A stretch of DNA of 28,359 bases from Planctomycetota bacterium (GCA_045863855.1 BTVV01000079.1:1-28359); one strand, 5' to 3'. Positions 1 through 8,812 are shown, counted from the first letter of the stretch. Notes: generated from the letters alone by a model not told the origin. Translations and numbers: made by a program.

Positions 1-22
1 CGCTACTTAAGGAGAGCCGGGA

Positions 23-331
23 ATGGACGCTAACGCAAGGCGTGAGAACGAGTTGAAGAAGGTCATCCAGATCGACGAGGGGCGCATCCAGGCGCACTTG
101 GACGAGAAGGTCCGGCAGAGCGTCGAGGAGACGCTCAACGCGCTCCTGGACGCCGAGGCCGACGAACTCTGCCAGGCCAGGCGCTACGAACGCACGGCCG
201 CTCGGCGCAGTACGCGCGCGGGGCATTACACGCGCGCTCTGCATACCAAGGCCGGCGAGGTCGAACTGAAGATGCCGAAGCTGCGCACGCTCCCGTTCGA
301 GACGGCCATCGTCGAACGCTACCGGCGCCGC
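23..331 (+). pseudogene. IS256 (mutator) family transposase, N-terminal fragment
   Basis: Translation (…VEETLNALLDAEADELCQARRYER…RAGHYTRALHTKAGEVELKMPKLRTLPFETAIVERYRRR) matches the IS256 N-terminus. Similarity ends after RRR (~331), and the ORF reads on through unrelated T-rich sequence to a stop at 394. No DDE domain. RBS AAGGAG at 9-14. Confidence 0.88.
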
Positions 332-355
332 CTTTTCGTGCTTCGGGTTTTACGT

Positions 356-384
356 TTTACGTTTCCGCGCCGCATGGCTACAAC
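356..384 (+). promoter_or_regulatory. Candidate sigma70 promoter for the methyltransferase (-35 TTTACG, 17 bp, -10 TACAAC)
   Basis: TTTACG at 356-361, a 17-nt spacer, then TACAAC at 379-384, 27 nt before ATG 412. Confidence 0.4.
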
Positions 385-411
385 GGAGCGCTGAACCCTC
401 GGGGCGCGCTC

Positions 412-1032
412 ATGTCGCTGCAGGAAGTCCAGAACGCCTGGATCTATCTCGACAGCAACACCATGATCTGGCGCGGACCGATCCAGGCGGCGCAGGGCGT
501 CTTCCAGCCGATTCACTGGGTCGCGCAGTCGCGCATGCAGGCCGAACTGCGCCTCGCCCCCAACGAAGGGCGGATCGCCGACATCGGCTGCGGGTACGGC
601 ATCGTCACGGCCAACCTGGCTTGGAAGAAGCCGCGCACCGAGGTGATCGGCATCGATCCCGACGAGGGGCGCTTGCAGGTCGGGACGCAGTTGGTCGCCG
701 AGCACAAGCTGCGCAACTGCACCTTCCGCAAGGGCACGCTGGAAGAGTCGGGCGTCGAGCCGAATTCGTGCACCGGCGTGATTTGCACCGAGGTCCTGGA
801 CCATCTGCCCGACGGGAAAGAGAAGCTGCAGGAGCGGATCGCGAAGCTGATGGAGTTTCTGCAGCCCGGCGGCCGGCTGCTGGTCTCGTTTCTCGATCCC
901 GAAGGCTTCGATTACATCGGGAACAAGCCGCCGTCGCCTTTGCGCATGGAGGATTTCGCGTTCGCGAAGGATAAGGTGCTCGAACGCAACTGTCCGCGCT
1001 GGTGGTATCTTTTCTACATCGACAAGCGCTGA
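412..1032 (+). CDS. Class I SAM-dependent methyltransferase
   Basis: Motif I IADIGCGYG, post-I VIGIDPD, and the 'VICTEVLDHL' and 'LQPGGRLLV' motifs. Confidence 0.9.
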   Translation: MSLQEVQNAWIYLDSNTMIWRGPIQAAQGVFQPIHWVAQSRMQAELRLAPNEGRIADIGCGYGIVTANLAWKKPRTEVIGIDPDEGRLQVGTQLVAEHKLRNCTFRKGTLEESGVEPNSCTGVICTEVLDHLPDGKEKLQERIAKLMEFLQPGGRLLVSFLDPEGFDYIGNKPPSPLRMEDFAFAKDKVLERNCPRWWYLFYIDKR

Positions 1033-1064
1033 CGCGCGTCGCGCGGACGGCGGAGGAGTTCGAG

Positions 1065-2132
1065 GTGGCGCAACTGGGCAATCTCTTTCCCGATGACTTG
1101 AAGGCCCAGCTCCCGGCGGGCAAAGCCAAGCGCGGGGCGAACGGGCCGAGTCCTCGTGCGGCGTCCGCGCCGGGCGCGCATACCTTCGTCAAGGATCTGG
1201 TCGCCGGGCAGGAAGTGGACGACGTATTCCTGGTCCAGGACGCGTCGTTGCGCCTCGCCAAGAACGGGAGCAAGTACATCCAGGCCACGTTCGGCGACCG
1301 CACCGGGAACATTCCGGTGCGCCAGTGGGACGCCAACGACGTGGTCTTCCAGGCGTACCAGGGGCGCGGCTACGCCAAGGTGCGCGGGCGCGTAGAGACC
1401 TACCAGGCGCGCCTGCAGATGGTGGTTTTCCAGATCCAGCCCGCCGACGAAACGACGCTCGACCCGGCGGATTTCGTACCCGTCTCCAAGCGCCCGCTCG
1501 ACGAGATGGAGAAGGAACTCGACGCGCTGCTGGACACGTTCACCGATCCCGATTACCAGCGCCTGCTCAAGGCGCTCTTCGCCGATCCGCAGGTGCGGGG
1601 GAAGTTCATCAAGAGCCCGGCGGCGAACATGCTGCATCATGCGTGGGTGGGCGGGCTGCTGGAGCACGTGCTCTCGGCGTGCAAGACGGCCGACCACATC
1701 GCGAAGGACCGCCCGTTTTTGAACCGGGATCTGCTGCTGGCGGGGGTGATCCTGCACGATATCGGGAAGATCGAAGAGTTGAGCGCCGAGCCGGGGTTTC
1801 CGTACACGGATACCGGCCGGCTCTGCGGGCATATCGTGCTCGGCGCGCTGCTGGTGGACCGGACCGCGGTGGCGTTGAAGGACTTCCCGCCCAAGAAGCG
1901 CGACATTCTGCTGCATTTGATATTGAGCCACCACGGCACGCGCGAGTTCGGGAGTCCGGTCACGCCGTGCACCGCCGAAGCGGTGGCGCTGCACCACCTC
2001 GAATGCCTCGACGCCAAGGTGCAGGGTATTCAGTCGGTGATCGAAGCGGACCAGGAAAGCGGTAACACCAGCACGTGGACGGAGTTTACGCGCATGGTGG
2101 ACGGCCGGATCTATAAAGACAGCCACTCGTAA
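1065..2132 (+). CDS. yhaM: YhaM/Cbf1-like 3'-5' exoribonuclease (OB fold + HD domain)
   Basis: OB-fold segment (GSKYIQATFGDRTG…VRGRVETYQARLQ) plus SPAA..HHAWVGGLLEH, LHDIGK, GRLCGHI and HLILSHHG..EFGSPV. GTG 1065 chosen as start because GGAGGAG lies at 1052-1058. Confidence 0.9.
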   Translation: MAQLGNLFPDDLKAQLPAGKAKRGANGPSPRAASAPGAHTFVKDLVAGQEVDDVFLVQDASLRLAKNGSKYIQATFGDRTGNIPVRQWDANDVVFQAYQGRGYAKVRGRVETYQARLQMVVFQIQPADETTLDPADFVPVSKRPLDEMEKELDALLDTFTDPDYQRLLKALFADPQVRGKFIKSPAANMLHHAWVGGLLEHVLSACKTADHIAKDRPFLNRDLLLAGVILHDIGKIEELSAEPGFPYTDTGRLCGHIVLGALLVDRTAVALKDFPPKKRDILLHLILSHHGTREFGSPVTPCTAEAVALHHLECLDAKVQGIQSVIEADQESGNTSTWTEFTRMVDGRIYKDSHS

Positions 2133-2166
2133 AGCTTCGCGGCGGCGGATCGAACCCAGCGCGCAC

Positions 2167-2207
2167 AAAAAAAGCCGGCGCCGCGTGGGGTGCACTCGGC
2201 GCCGGCT
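2167..2207 (-). terminator. Intrinsic terminator between convergent genes (possibly bidirectional)
   Basis: Stem AGCCGGCGCCG (2173-2183) / CGGCGCCGGCT (2197-2207). The A7 run at 2167-2173 gives a U-tract on the minus strand. A T-run follows near 2229-2233 on the plus strand. Confidence 0.7.
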
Positions 2208-2291
2208 GGGGGTGGGAAGAAGCCGCCCTTTTTGCGTGCGAGGAAGTCGGGGAACTTCGCTCGCGGGGTGACTCCTTCGTTGCAAGCAGGA

Positions 2292-2843
2292 TTATTTTCG
2301 AGCGCCCAGTTCGCGGAACGTCCCGTACTGTTCGCCGGTCAGGATGCGGCGCAGTTCGGCCGTGAACTGAATGTTCGGATCGTACTGCCGGCAGGCTCGG
2401 GCGGACTGTACGACTTCCTGCGCGGCCTGGTTGACCATCACCTGATTGTTGGACTTCAGGTACGACTCGCGCGCGTTCTTCTGGTCGGTCAAGAGCTTCT
2501 CGCGCCGGCCGGTCAGCTCGTTCTTGACGCTCTGGAGCTTCTGCTTCTGCACGTCGTCCAGCTTAAGCTGCTCCGCGATCGCATCGAAGCGGCTCGTATC
2601 GAGCGCCGGGATGTCGATCGCTTCGGGCAGCGGCGGCTTCGCCGTGCCGTCCTGGGCCACGGTCTGGTCCTTGCCGTCCCAGTGTCCGGGCGCGACGGCT
2701 TTCAGATCGCCCGACTTGATGGGCTTGCGGTCGCTGCCGATCGCGACGAACCCGCCGCCTCGTCCGCCGCCCATGGCATAGCTTTCCTGGGCCGCCAAGG
2801 CCAACACGACCAGTCCCAGTACGGTCATCGTGGTTCTCTTCAT
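2292..2843 (-). CDS. Secreted LTXXQ-motif (Spy/CpxP-like) helical protein, paralog 1
   Basis: Signal peptide MKRTTMTVLGLVVLALAAQESYA, Gly-rich linker, LKLDDVQ and ILTGEQY LTXXQ-like motifs; GGAGG upstream on the minus strand. Confidence 0.75.
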   Translation of the reverse strand: MKRTTMTVLGLVVLALAAQESYAMGGGRGGGFVAIGSDRKPIKSGDLKAVAPGHWDGKDQTVAQDGTAKPPLPEAIDIPALDTSRFDAIAEQLKLDDVQKQKLQSVKNELTGRREKLLTDQKNARESYLKSNNQVMVNQAAQEVVQSARACRQYDPNIQFTAELRRILTGEQYGTFRELGARK

Positions 2844-3209
2844 TGACCTGCCACCTCCCCTATTGATCCCGCGCTAATTAGGTATAGACCACCTGTCCGC
2901 CCATACCTGTTCAGTACCGATTGCATTGGTAAGACACTCGTATAAGAGCATAAGTTGCTAGGGTTTTTGATGTTTTCTGGATACGCCAAGTTGATTTCCA
3001 TTTCGTACACGCACCGGTGCACGAAGTGTTGTATTTTAGGCTAATATAATACTATTTTGAGGTCGAAATTGTAAGCAGTTGTAAGTACCGAAACTAAATG
3101 TCGGGGCGTCTTATAAAGCGAGTAGCCTGTTCACACGGAGCTTGGTTTGCATCAGGATGGGGCTGCGGCCCTTCCGGGCCGGGTTCACTTAAGGATACGG
3201 TATTGCCCT

Positions 3210-4223
3210 ATGCTGCTTGAATGGACGCACCCCATTGCAGCCGGGTTCTTTCAATCGGACCATGCAACGCGCCGGCCGCCGCTGGATACGAGCCGGCACG
3301 CGGCGTTGATTTACGTGACGACGGGCGAAGGCTTCTGGCAAGTGGGGGCGTGGACGTTCCCGATCCGGCGCGGCGATTTCTTCGCGGTGCCGGAAGGCTG
3401 CGAACTGGCTCCGCGGTTGAAGCTGGGGGGGCTGCTGGGTTTCTATTACGCGCATTTCGAACTGGATCTGCGCGAACGCGCGCGCGGCCTGACGTTGAAA
3501 TGGCCTTGGGATCTGAGCGACGACGTGCCGAAGCCGACCGAACCCGCCGAAGCTCCTGTGGCCGGCGGGGAATTCCAGCCCGAGATCGCGGCGCTGTTCC
3601 GTCAGTTGCAGCACGAGCTGGGCCGGCGGCTGCCGGCGGCCCGCGCCGCGGCGCGGGCGCAGTTGACGCTGCTGGGCGTGGCGTACGCGCGCCAGATCGT
3701 CGCCGCGGCGCGCTCGAAGGAGGAGACGGACGCGCATGCGCCGGTGCGGCCGAAGCATTCGGCGCGTTCGGGGCGCGCGCTTCCGGAATCGGTGGCCAAG
3801 ACGATCGATTACGTGCACGATCACCTGGACCGGGAGCTGAAACTGACCGAATTGGCTCGCGTGGCGGGGTTCAGCGAGCGTCGGCTGATCCAGGTATTTC
3901 GCAAGCTGCTGGGCCGTTCGCCCATGGCGTTCGTGCGCGAGCAGCGCATCCGCGAGGCGCAGCGCCTGCTGTCCCAGCGCGGGATCACGATCAAGGATGT
4001 CGCGGCGCGCTTGAACTTCGCCGATGCGCATCATTTCAGCCGCGTCTTCCGGCAGGTGACGGGAATTTCGCCCAGCGATTTCGTGCGCGGCCTGCCGCTG
4101 CGCAAGAATCCGCAAAGCGGTCATGTGGCGGTCAGCCGTCCCGATACGCAGCCCAAGCGCGAATCGAACCGCATCTCGAACCGGCAGCCGCGCCCCAGCG
4201 GGCGCTTCAACGCGGCGCTGTAA
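3210..4223 (+). CDS. AraC/XylS family transcriptional regulator, paralog 1
   Basis: Cupin-like N-terminus (LIYVTTGEGFWQVG) and AraC double HTH (LKLTELARVAGFSERRLIQVFRK…TIKDVAARLNFADAHHFSRVFRQVTGISPSDF). The start may lie slightly upstream. Confidence 0.92.
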   Translation: MLLEWTHPIAAGFFQSDHATRRPPLDTSRHAALIYVTTGEGFWQVGAWTFPIRRGDFFAVPEGCELAPRLKLGGLLGFYYAHFELDLRERARGLTLKWPWDLSDDVPKPTEPAEAPVAGGEFQPEIAALFRQLQHELGRRLPAARAAARAQLTLLGVAYARQIVAAARSKEETDAHAPVRPKHSARSGRALPESVAKTIDYVHDHLDRELKLTELARVAGFSERRLIQVFRKLLGRSPMAFVREQRIREAQRLLSQRGITIKDVAARLNFADAHHFSRVFRQVTGISPSDFVRGLPLRKNPQSGHVAVSRPDTQPKRESNRISNRQPRPSGRFNAAL

Positions 4224-5130
4224 GCGGCGCATCGTTCGACGCCTCCGGTTCCGGCAGCCAGCGGTCCAGCAGCGCTCGAAACGCGGCGTCTTCGCGCAGC
4301 GCGGCGAAATCCGGATCGTTCCACACGTCCTTGCGGCTCAGGTGCCGGTGATTGGGCGTGCGAAAGAACGCTTCCAGCCAGCGCAGGCAGGCCGCGCGGT
4401 CGTCCGCCAGCGCGCAGTAGCCGGCGGCGTTGTAGAGCACGCAGCAGTGGACGGGCTCCTCGCCCGGTCCGTCCACGGAACAGCCAGCGCGTTCCAGCGC
4501 CCGAGCGAAAGCGGCCGCGGCGGAGTCGCGCTGACCGGCGCGCTGCGCCTGCCCCGCGTACTGCAAGAGGGCGATGGGATCGCCGGGGTCTGCGGCCACG
4601 GCGCGGCGGGCATGATCCGCCGCGGCGGGATGGTTGCCGCGGCTGCCGTGAAAATGGCACAAGCTGCGATGGGTATCGGCCAGCGGGCAGAGGGCCAAGC
4701 TCGCCTCGAAGCAGCGTAACGCGTCCACGTCGCGGCCCGCATGAGCGGCCAGTTCGCCCAGTCCGCGCAGCGCGAAGGCGCGCGCTTGGAGATCCGGGTA
4801 CGGAGCATCCAGCGCGCGTTCGAAAGCCTGTCGCGCAAGCTCCGCGTCGTGGACGTAAAAGCGCAGGAATTCGCCGCAGGCGGACCAGAGCGCCGCATGG
4901 TCCGCAAACCGGCTCAGACCTTCGGCGTACGCCGCGTCGGCGCCCAGAAGGTCTTCGCGGCGTTCGCACTCGGCGGCGCGGTCGAGGATTTCCTTTAAGC
5001 CATCCGGCCACGGAGCGGACGCGCCGCGTTGCGCGAACGCGCGCGCCGACCACCAGGCGGCCGCCACCAGCATCGCACACGCGGCGGTTCTTGACGCCCA
5101 GCGGCAGCGGGGAAGCACGGAGCGTGGCAT
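4207..5130 (-). CDS. Exported TPR-repeat protein with C-terminal YN..…DPDF cap
   Basis: Hydrophobic N-terminal segment, several TPR-like helices, C-terminal LYNAAGYCAL…NDPDFAALR. ATG 5130 is preceded by GAAGGAG; alternative starts at 5169 and 5199. Confidence 0.8.
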   Translation of the reverse strand: MPRSVLPRCRWASRTAACAMLVAAAWWSARAFAQRGASAPWPDGLKEILDRAAECERREDLLGADAAYAEGLSRFADHAALWSACGEFLRFYVHDAELARQAFERALDAPYPDLQARAFALRGLGELAAHAGRDVDALRCFEASLALCPLADTHRSLCHFHGSRGNHPAAADHARRAVAADPGDPIALLQYAGQAQRAGQRDSAAAAFARALERAGCSVDGPGEEPVHCCVLYNAAGYCALADDRAACLRWLEAFFRTPNHRHLSRKDVWNDPDFAALREDAAFRALLDRWLPEPEASNDAPLTAPR

Positions 5131-5154
5131 GCGCGAGGCGGCTCCTTCAAAATC

Positions 5155-5185
5155 GGGAGGGGCCGGCATGGTTCCGGCCCCTCCC
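5155..5185 (-). terminator. Perfect 12-bp hairpin (terminator/attenuator or stabiliser) between LTXXQ paralog 2 and the TPR gene
   Basis: GGGAGGGGCCGG (5155-5166) / CCGGCCCCTCCC (5174-5185), followed by GATTTT on the minus strand. Confidence 0.55.
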
Positions 5186-5219
5186 TGGCGCGGGGTCATG
5201 GTGCGGGGAGCACCATGTA

Positions 5220-5789
5220 CTACACTCGAGAGGCCAGCTCGCGGAACGCTCCGAACTGCGTCGCGTCCAGGATGGTCTTCAAGCCGGCTACGAATTTCCG
5301 ATTCGGATCGAACGAGCGGCACGCGCCGGCGGCTTCGACGACGTCGCGTGCGATCGTCTGGCACGCCACGGGGCAGGCGGTGCGTTCGTAGGTCAACCGC
5401 GCGCTGGACTGTTCCTTCACCAGCTTCTCGGCTTCCGCGCGAATGGAGCGCTTCAGCGCGTCGACGCGTTCGGTCTGCTCGGCGCTGAGGTTCAGGCCGC
5501 TGACCACCGCGTCGAACTTGCGGGTATCCAAGCTGGCGATTTCCACCGCCGCAGGCAGCGGAAACTTCTGCGCCGTCTGGCCGCATGAAGACTGCCCGTC
5601 GCCGCCCGTTCCGCGCGCCCCCAGCCCGCCGGTGACGACGGAGCCGCGCTTGCCCGCCGGCTGCCCGCCGCTGCGCACCCCCACGCGTCCGCCGCCGCTG
5701 CGGCCGCCGCCACCGCACAATGCGAACGCATCCGAACTGCACCACGCGCCGACCATCAGCAGAAGCGCGCCCATCGTAAGCATCTTCAT
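5220..5789 (-). CDS. Secreted LTXXQ-motif (Spy/CpxP-like) helical protein, paralog 2
   Basis: Signal peptide, Gly-rich linker, LNLSAEQ and ILDATQF motifs. Aligns with 2292-2843 (PLPxAxxIxxLDTxxFDA…ACRxxDPN…FREL). RBS AAGGAG upstream. Confidence 0.78.
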   Translation of the reverse strand: MKMLTMGALLLMVGAWCSSDAFALCGGGGRSGGGRVGVRSGGQPAGKRGSVVTGGLGARGTGGDGQSSCGQTAQKFPLPAAVEIASLDTRKFDAVVSGLNLSAEQTERVDALKRSIRAEAEKLVKEQSSARLTYERTACPVACQTIARDVVEAAGACRSFDPNRKFVAGLKTILDATQFGAFRELASRV

Positions 5790-6010
5790 GTCCGGCTCTC
5801 CTTGTCATGGTCAGGCCAGAGCTTCAGTACCGCCCGAAGCGCCCGGCCCTCGCTCGATTCGCTGTATCAAGGTCGGAACCGAGCGGATGGTCTTAGGCCG
5901 AGTGCCGAAAGGGACATCACGTGTGCCGGAATGTCCACAGGCAGCGCGGAAGCCTGACAAGTGCGGGTCTGCGGCAGCAGCCTCTAAGGAAGCGCGCGAC
6001 GACCGCGTCT

Positions 6011-7006
6011 ATGAAAGCAGGAATCGGAGCACCGCTCTTGCTCTTCGAACACGCCCGACCGGTGGCCGCCGGCTACTTTCAATGCGATCTGAACACGCGG
6101 CGCGCGCATCGCGATCCGTCCGCTCAGGCGGCGCTGGTGTATCTCGCCAGCGGCGCGGGCACCTGGAAGATCGGCCCGTGGCAAGGCAAGCTGGAGCGCG
6201 GCGGATTGCTTGCGCTGCCCGTGGACATGCCGGCGGCTTTGTATCCGCTTCCGCATCAGGCGCTGGGCTATTACTACGTGTACCTGGAAGCGAACGGTCC
6301 GAACGGCGCGAAGGATTTGCGCTGGCCGTGGGATTTGGGGATCGCCTGGCCCCACGGGGAGGCGCCGCCGCCGGTGGCGAGCGGCGATTTTCAGGCCAGC
6401 ATGGCGGGACTGGTGCGGCGGATTCAGGACGAACTCGCGCGCCGGCGCACGGGCGCGCCGGTGGTGGCCCGCGCGTGCTTGAGCCTGCTGGGGGTCGGCT
6501 TCGCGCGCATGCTGAGCGTGCCGCACGAACCGCGGACGGCCGGACACGCCCTCCGAACGGCGCCGAAGTCCGGCGCCGAATGGCCCGAGCCCGTCGCGCG
6601 CGCGGTGGACTTCGTGCTCCAGAACCTCGACCGCGATCTTTCGCTGCTGGAACTGGCGCGCGTCGCGCGCTACAGCGAGCGCCGGCTGGTGCAACTCTTT
6701 CGCGCCGCGCTGGGGCGTTCGCCCATGGCGTACGTCCGTGAGCAGCGGGTGCGCGAGTCGCAGCGGCTGCTGATGCAGGGCGGCATGACGATCAAGGAGG
6801 TCGCGCTGCGGCTGAACTTCGCCGATCCGCAGCATTTCTGCCGCGTCTTCCGGCAGGCCACGGGGATCACGCCCAGCGATTTTCTCGCCGGCCGCGCGCC
6901 GCTCAAGCAGCCGCGCGCTTCGGGGTACACCCCGTCATCCGAAAGCCGCCGCGAACAACCTCGGCGCGGCAGCGGGCATCGCTCCGCCGCCGCTTCGCAT
7001 GCCTGA
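6011..7006 (+). CDS. AraC/XylS family transcriptional regulator, paralog 2
   Basis: AraC double HTH (LSLLELARVARYSERRLVQLFR…TIKEVALRLNFADPQHFCRVFRQATGITPSDF). Collinear with paralog 1, including PxAAGxFQxD and LxWPWDL. Confidence 0.92.
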   Translation: MKAGIGAPLLLFEHARPVAAGYFQCDLNTRRAHRDPSAQAALVYLASGAGTWKIGPWQGKLERGGLLALPVDMPAALYPLPHQALGYYYVYLEANGPNGAKDLRWPWDLGIAWPHGEAPPPVASGDFQASMAGLVRRIQDELARRRTGAPVVARACLSLLGVGFARMLSVPHEPRTAGHALRTAPKSGAEWPEPVARAVDFVLQNLDRDLSLLELARVARYSERRLVQLFRAALGRSPMAYVREQRVRESQRLLMQGGMTIKEVALRLNFADPQHFCRVFRQATGITPSDFLAGRAPLKQPRASGYTPSSESRREQPRRGSGHRSAAASHA

Positions 7007-7186
7007 CGCGCAGGAACCTTAGAGCCACTAACCAGACCATCGACGGCCGTCTGCTTGCGGCGGTGCTTCGCCGGACCGCATCAGGCTCAGGCACCGGATG
7101 CTCGTCACGATCCGGCTTCTTCGCCTTCTTTGTTCCGCTTGACCGGCGCGGCACAGCCGCCTCGACGCTGGTTTTGCGAGCGGCTC

Positions 7187-7417
7187 TTAGACGTTCTCTT
7201 CTTTGCGGTGTTCGAGCAGTCCTTCCAGATGCTGCTTGATCAGGTCGGGCTTGTGCTTGAAGAGCGCGCGCTCGATGTTGTACCCGTCGATGCTCCGCTC
7301 GGATTTTTTGAGCTTCGCGGCAGCGGCCTGAACTTTCTCGGCCCCGGCGAGCATCTCTTTCCAGCCCGCTTCGGCCTCGTCGTAGACCGCCTTGTAGTCC
7401 TCGCCTGCCTCGCTCAT
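7187..7417 (-). CDS. Small hypothetical helical protein (76 aa)
   Basis: Charged amphipathic sequence with GC3-rich codon usage and a GGAG upstream, in an otherwise empty interval. Confidence 0.7.
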   Translation of the reverse strand: MSEAGEDYKAVYDEAEAGWKEMLAGAEKVQAAAAKLKKSERSIDGYNIERALFKHKPDLIKQHLEGLLEHRKEENV

Positions 7418-7567
7418 CGCCCGCCGCTCCGTTCACCTTGGTTGAATGGCTGTACCTGCTACCGATACCCTCGCGGAGCAAGAATCGCAAGCGCAGCGAA
7501 AGACCGTGCGCACGCAGGCGCGGCGGTGTATGTGCGAGGATTCCCGCGGCGCAAGGAGCGTTCAGGC

Positions 7568-8812
7568 ATGTCCAGGTCTAGCGTGGCTTATGAGCAAAGC
7601 GTGCTGTTGACGAGCGCATGGACGCGGCTGGTTCACGCGCTGCACCTCCAGAAGGCCGCGAAGGCGGCAGGCCAAGCCGTACCTGCGGCATTCGCGTGCA
7701 CGCCCGCCGAACGGGAACGCTTGGCGCCGGTGGTGAACCTGGGCCTCGCGTTATCCAAGCGCGGCGCGGTCGAATTCAAGACTTGGGCGAGCGGCACGCA
7801 TGCCGAACTCGAAGCGGCGCTCGTGCGGCTGCGCGACGAACTTCCCGATCCGGCAGACGGTACGCCGGGACCCGTTTTGCGGGCTTGGCTGCAAGCACAG
7901 GCGCCGCAGGCGTCCGAGACGGCGCGCGCGGCGGTGGCCAGTTTGGTCCAACTCTGCCTGCTCGTGGATCGCGACGGCGATCTGCTTCAGGATTTATACC
8001 GCTGCTATCTTGCCGTGGGGCTGCCGGTCTGCTTCTCGGATCTCGGGTTGCCATCGGACCACGCGGCGTTGGAGGAGGCCGCGCGGGTGCTCGCGGCTCG
8101 AACCGTGCCGTGTCCGTTCGATACCACGGCGCTGGGCTGGCAGATGGCGCTTCAGAAGGTGACGATGTGGGGCGAGAAGAACAGCGGGCGGCGCGACAAG
8201 CACACGCTGGCGCGCGAACTGCTGGCCGATCCGGAGGTTCAGGCGCTGCTGCCGGCGCTGAAGGCGCGGGGCTCCAGGCGGATCGGCATTCTGGGCCACA
8301 GCATGACGATGAGCCTGCACTGGACGACGCACGGTTCCTGGTGCGAAGTGGCGTGCGAACTGCTCAAGCTGGTTCAGCCCGGGGTGGAATACGCGAGCTT
8401 CCAAGCGGGCGGCCTGACGCCGGCGCGCGCACTTAAGGAGGGGCTGGCGGACCGGCTGCTCGAATGGCGCCCCCGCGAGGCGCTGCTGTTCATGTTCTTG
8501 GGCAAGCCCGAAGACCGCGTGAGCCTGGCGGAGATCGTGCGGCGCTTGAAGGCCGCCGAGGTCCGCATCCAGATCGTCGACGATATCCGTCCGTGGATCT
8601 ACGAATGGTATCAAGGCCAGGAGGCCGAACACGCGTACGAACGCGAACTGTGTGCGCGCGAAGGCGCGGTCTTCCTCGACATGCAGCGGCGCTACCGCTT
8701 CGCGAAGGATTGGGAATCGTGGAAGCCGCTGGGCGGCGACGTGCATCTGCATACGCCCGCGCATGTATTCTATGCGAAGGAACTCCTGAAGGATTGGGCG
8801 GCTTCGGGCTGA
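7568..8812 (+). CDS. Hypothetical protein with C-terminal SGNH/GDSL-like hydrolase domain
   Basis: IGILGHSMT (block I-like), AGGLT (block II-like), GGDVHLHTPAH (block V-like). RBS AAGGAG at 7553-7558. Confidence 0.7.
   Translation: MSRSSVAYEQSVLLTSAWTRLVHALHLQKAAKAAGQAVPAAFACTPAERERLAPVVNLGLALSKRGAVEFKTWASGTHAELEAALVRLRDELPDPADGTPGPVLRAWLQAQAPQASETARAAVASLVQLCLLVDRDGDLLQDLYRCYLAVGLPVCFSDLGLPSDHAALEEAARVLAARTVPCPFDTTALGWQMALQKVTMWGEKNSGRRDKHTLARELLADPEVQALLPALKARGSRRIGILGHSMTMSLHWTTHGSWCEVACELLKLVQPGVEYASFQAGGLTPARALKEGLADRLLEWRPREALLFMFLGKPEDRVSLAEIVRRLKAAEVRIQIVDDIRPWIYEWYQGQEAEHAYERELCAREGAVFLDMQRRYRFAKDWESWKPLGGDVHLHTPAHVFYAKELLKDWAASG

Noticed and set aside
3069..3085. TTGTAAG direct repeat at 10-bp period upstream of AraC paralog 1
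   Set aside because: Short repeat in AT-rich DNA with no counterpart in the paralogous module; insufficient support.
4207..5808. A single 533-aa ORF
   Set aside because: Its first ~200 codons overlap the LTXXQ paralog 2 gene in another frame; only the part from ~5130 is TPR-like.
7055..7567. N-terminal extension of the SGNH-like ORF
   Set aside because: It is antisense to the 76-aa gene, and a good RBS supports ATG 7568.
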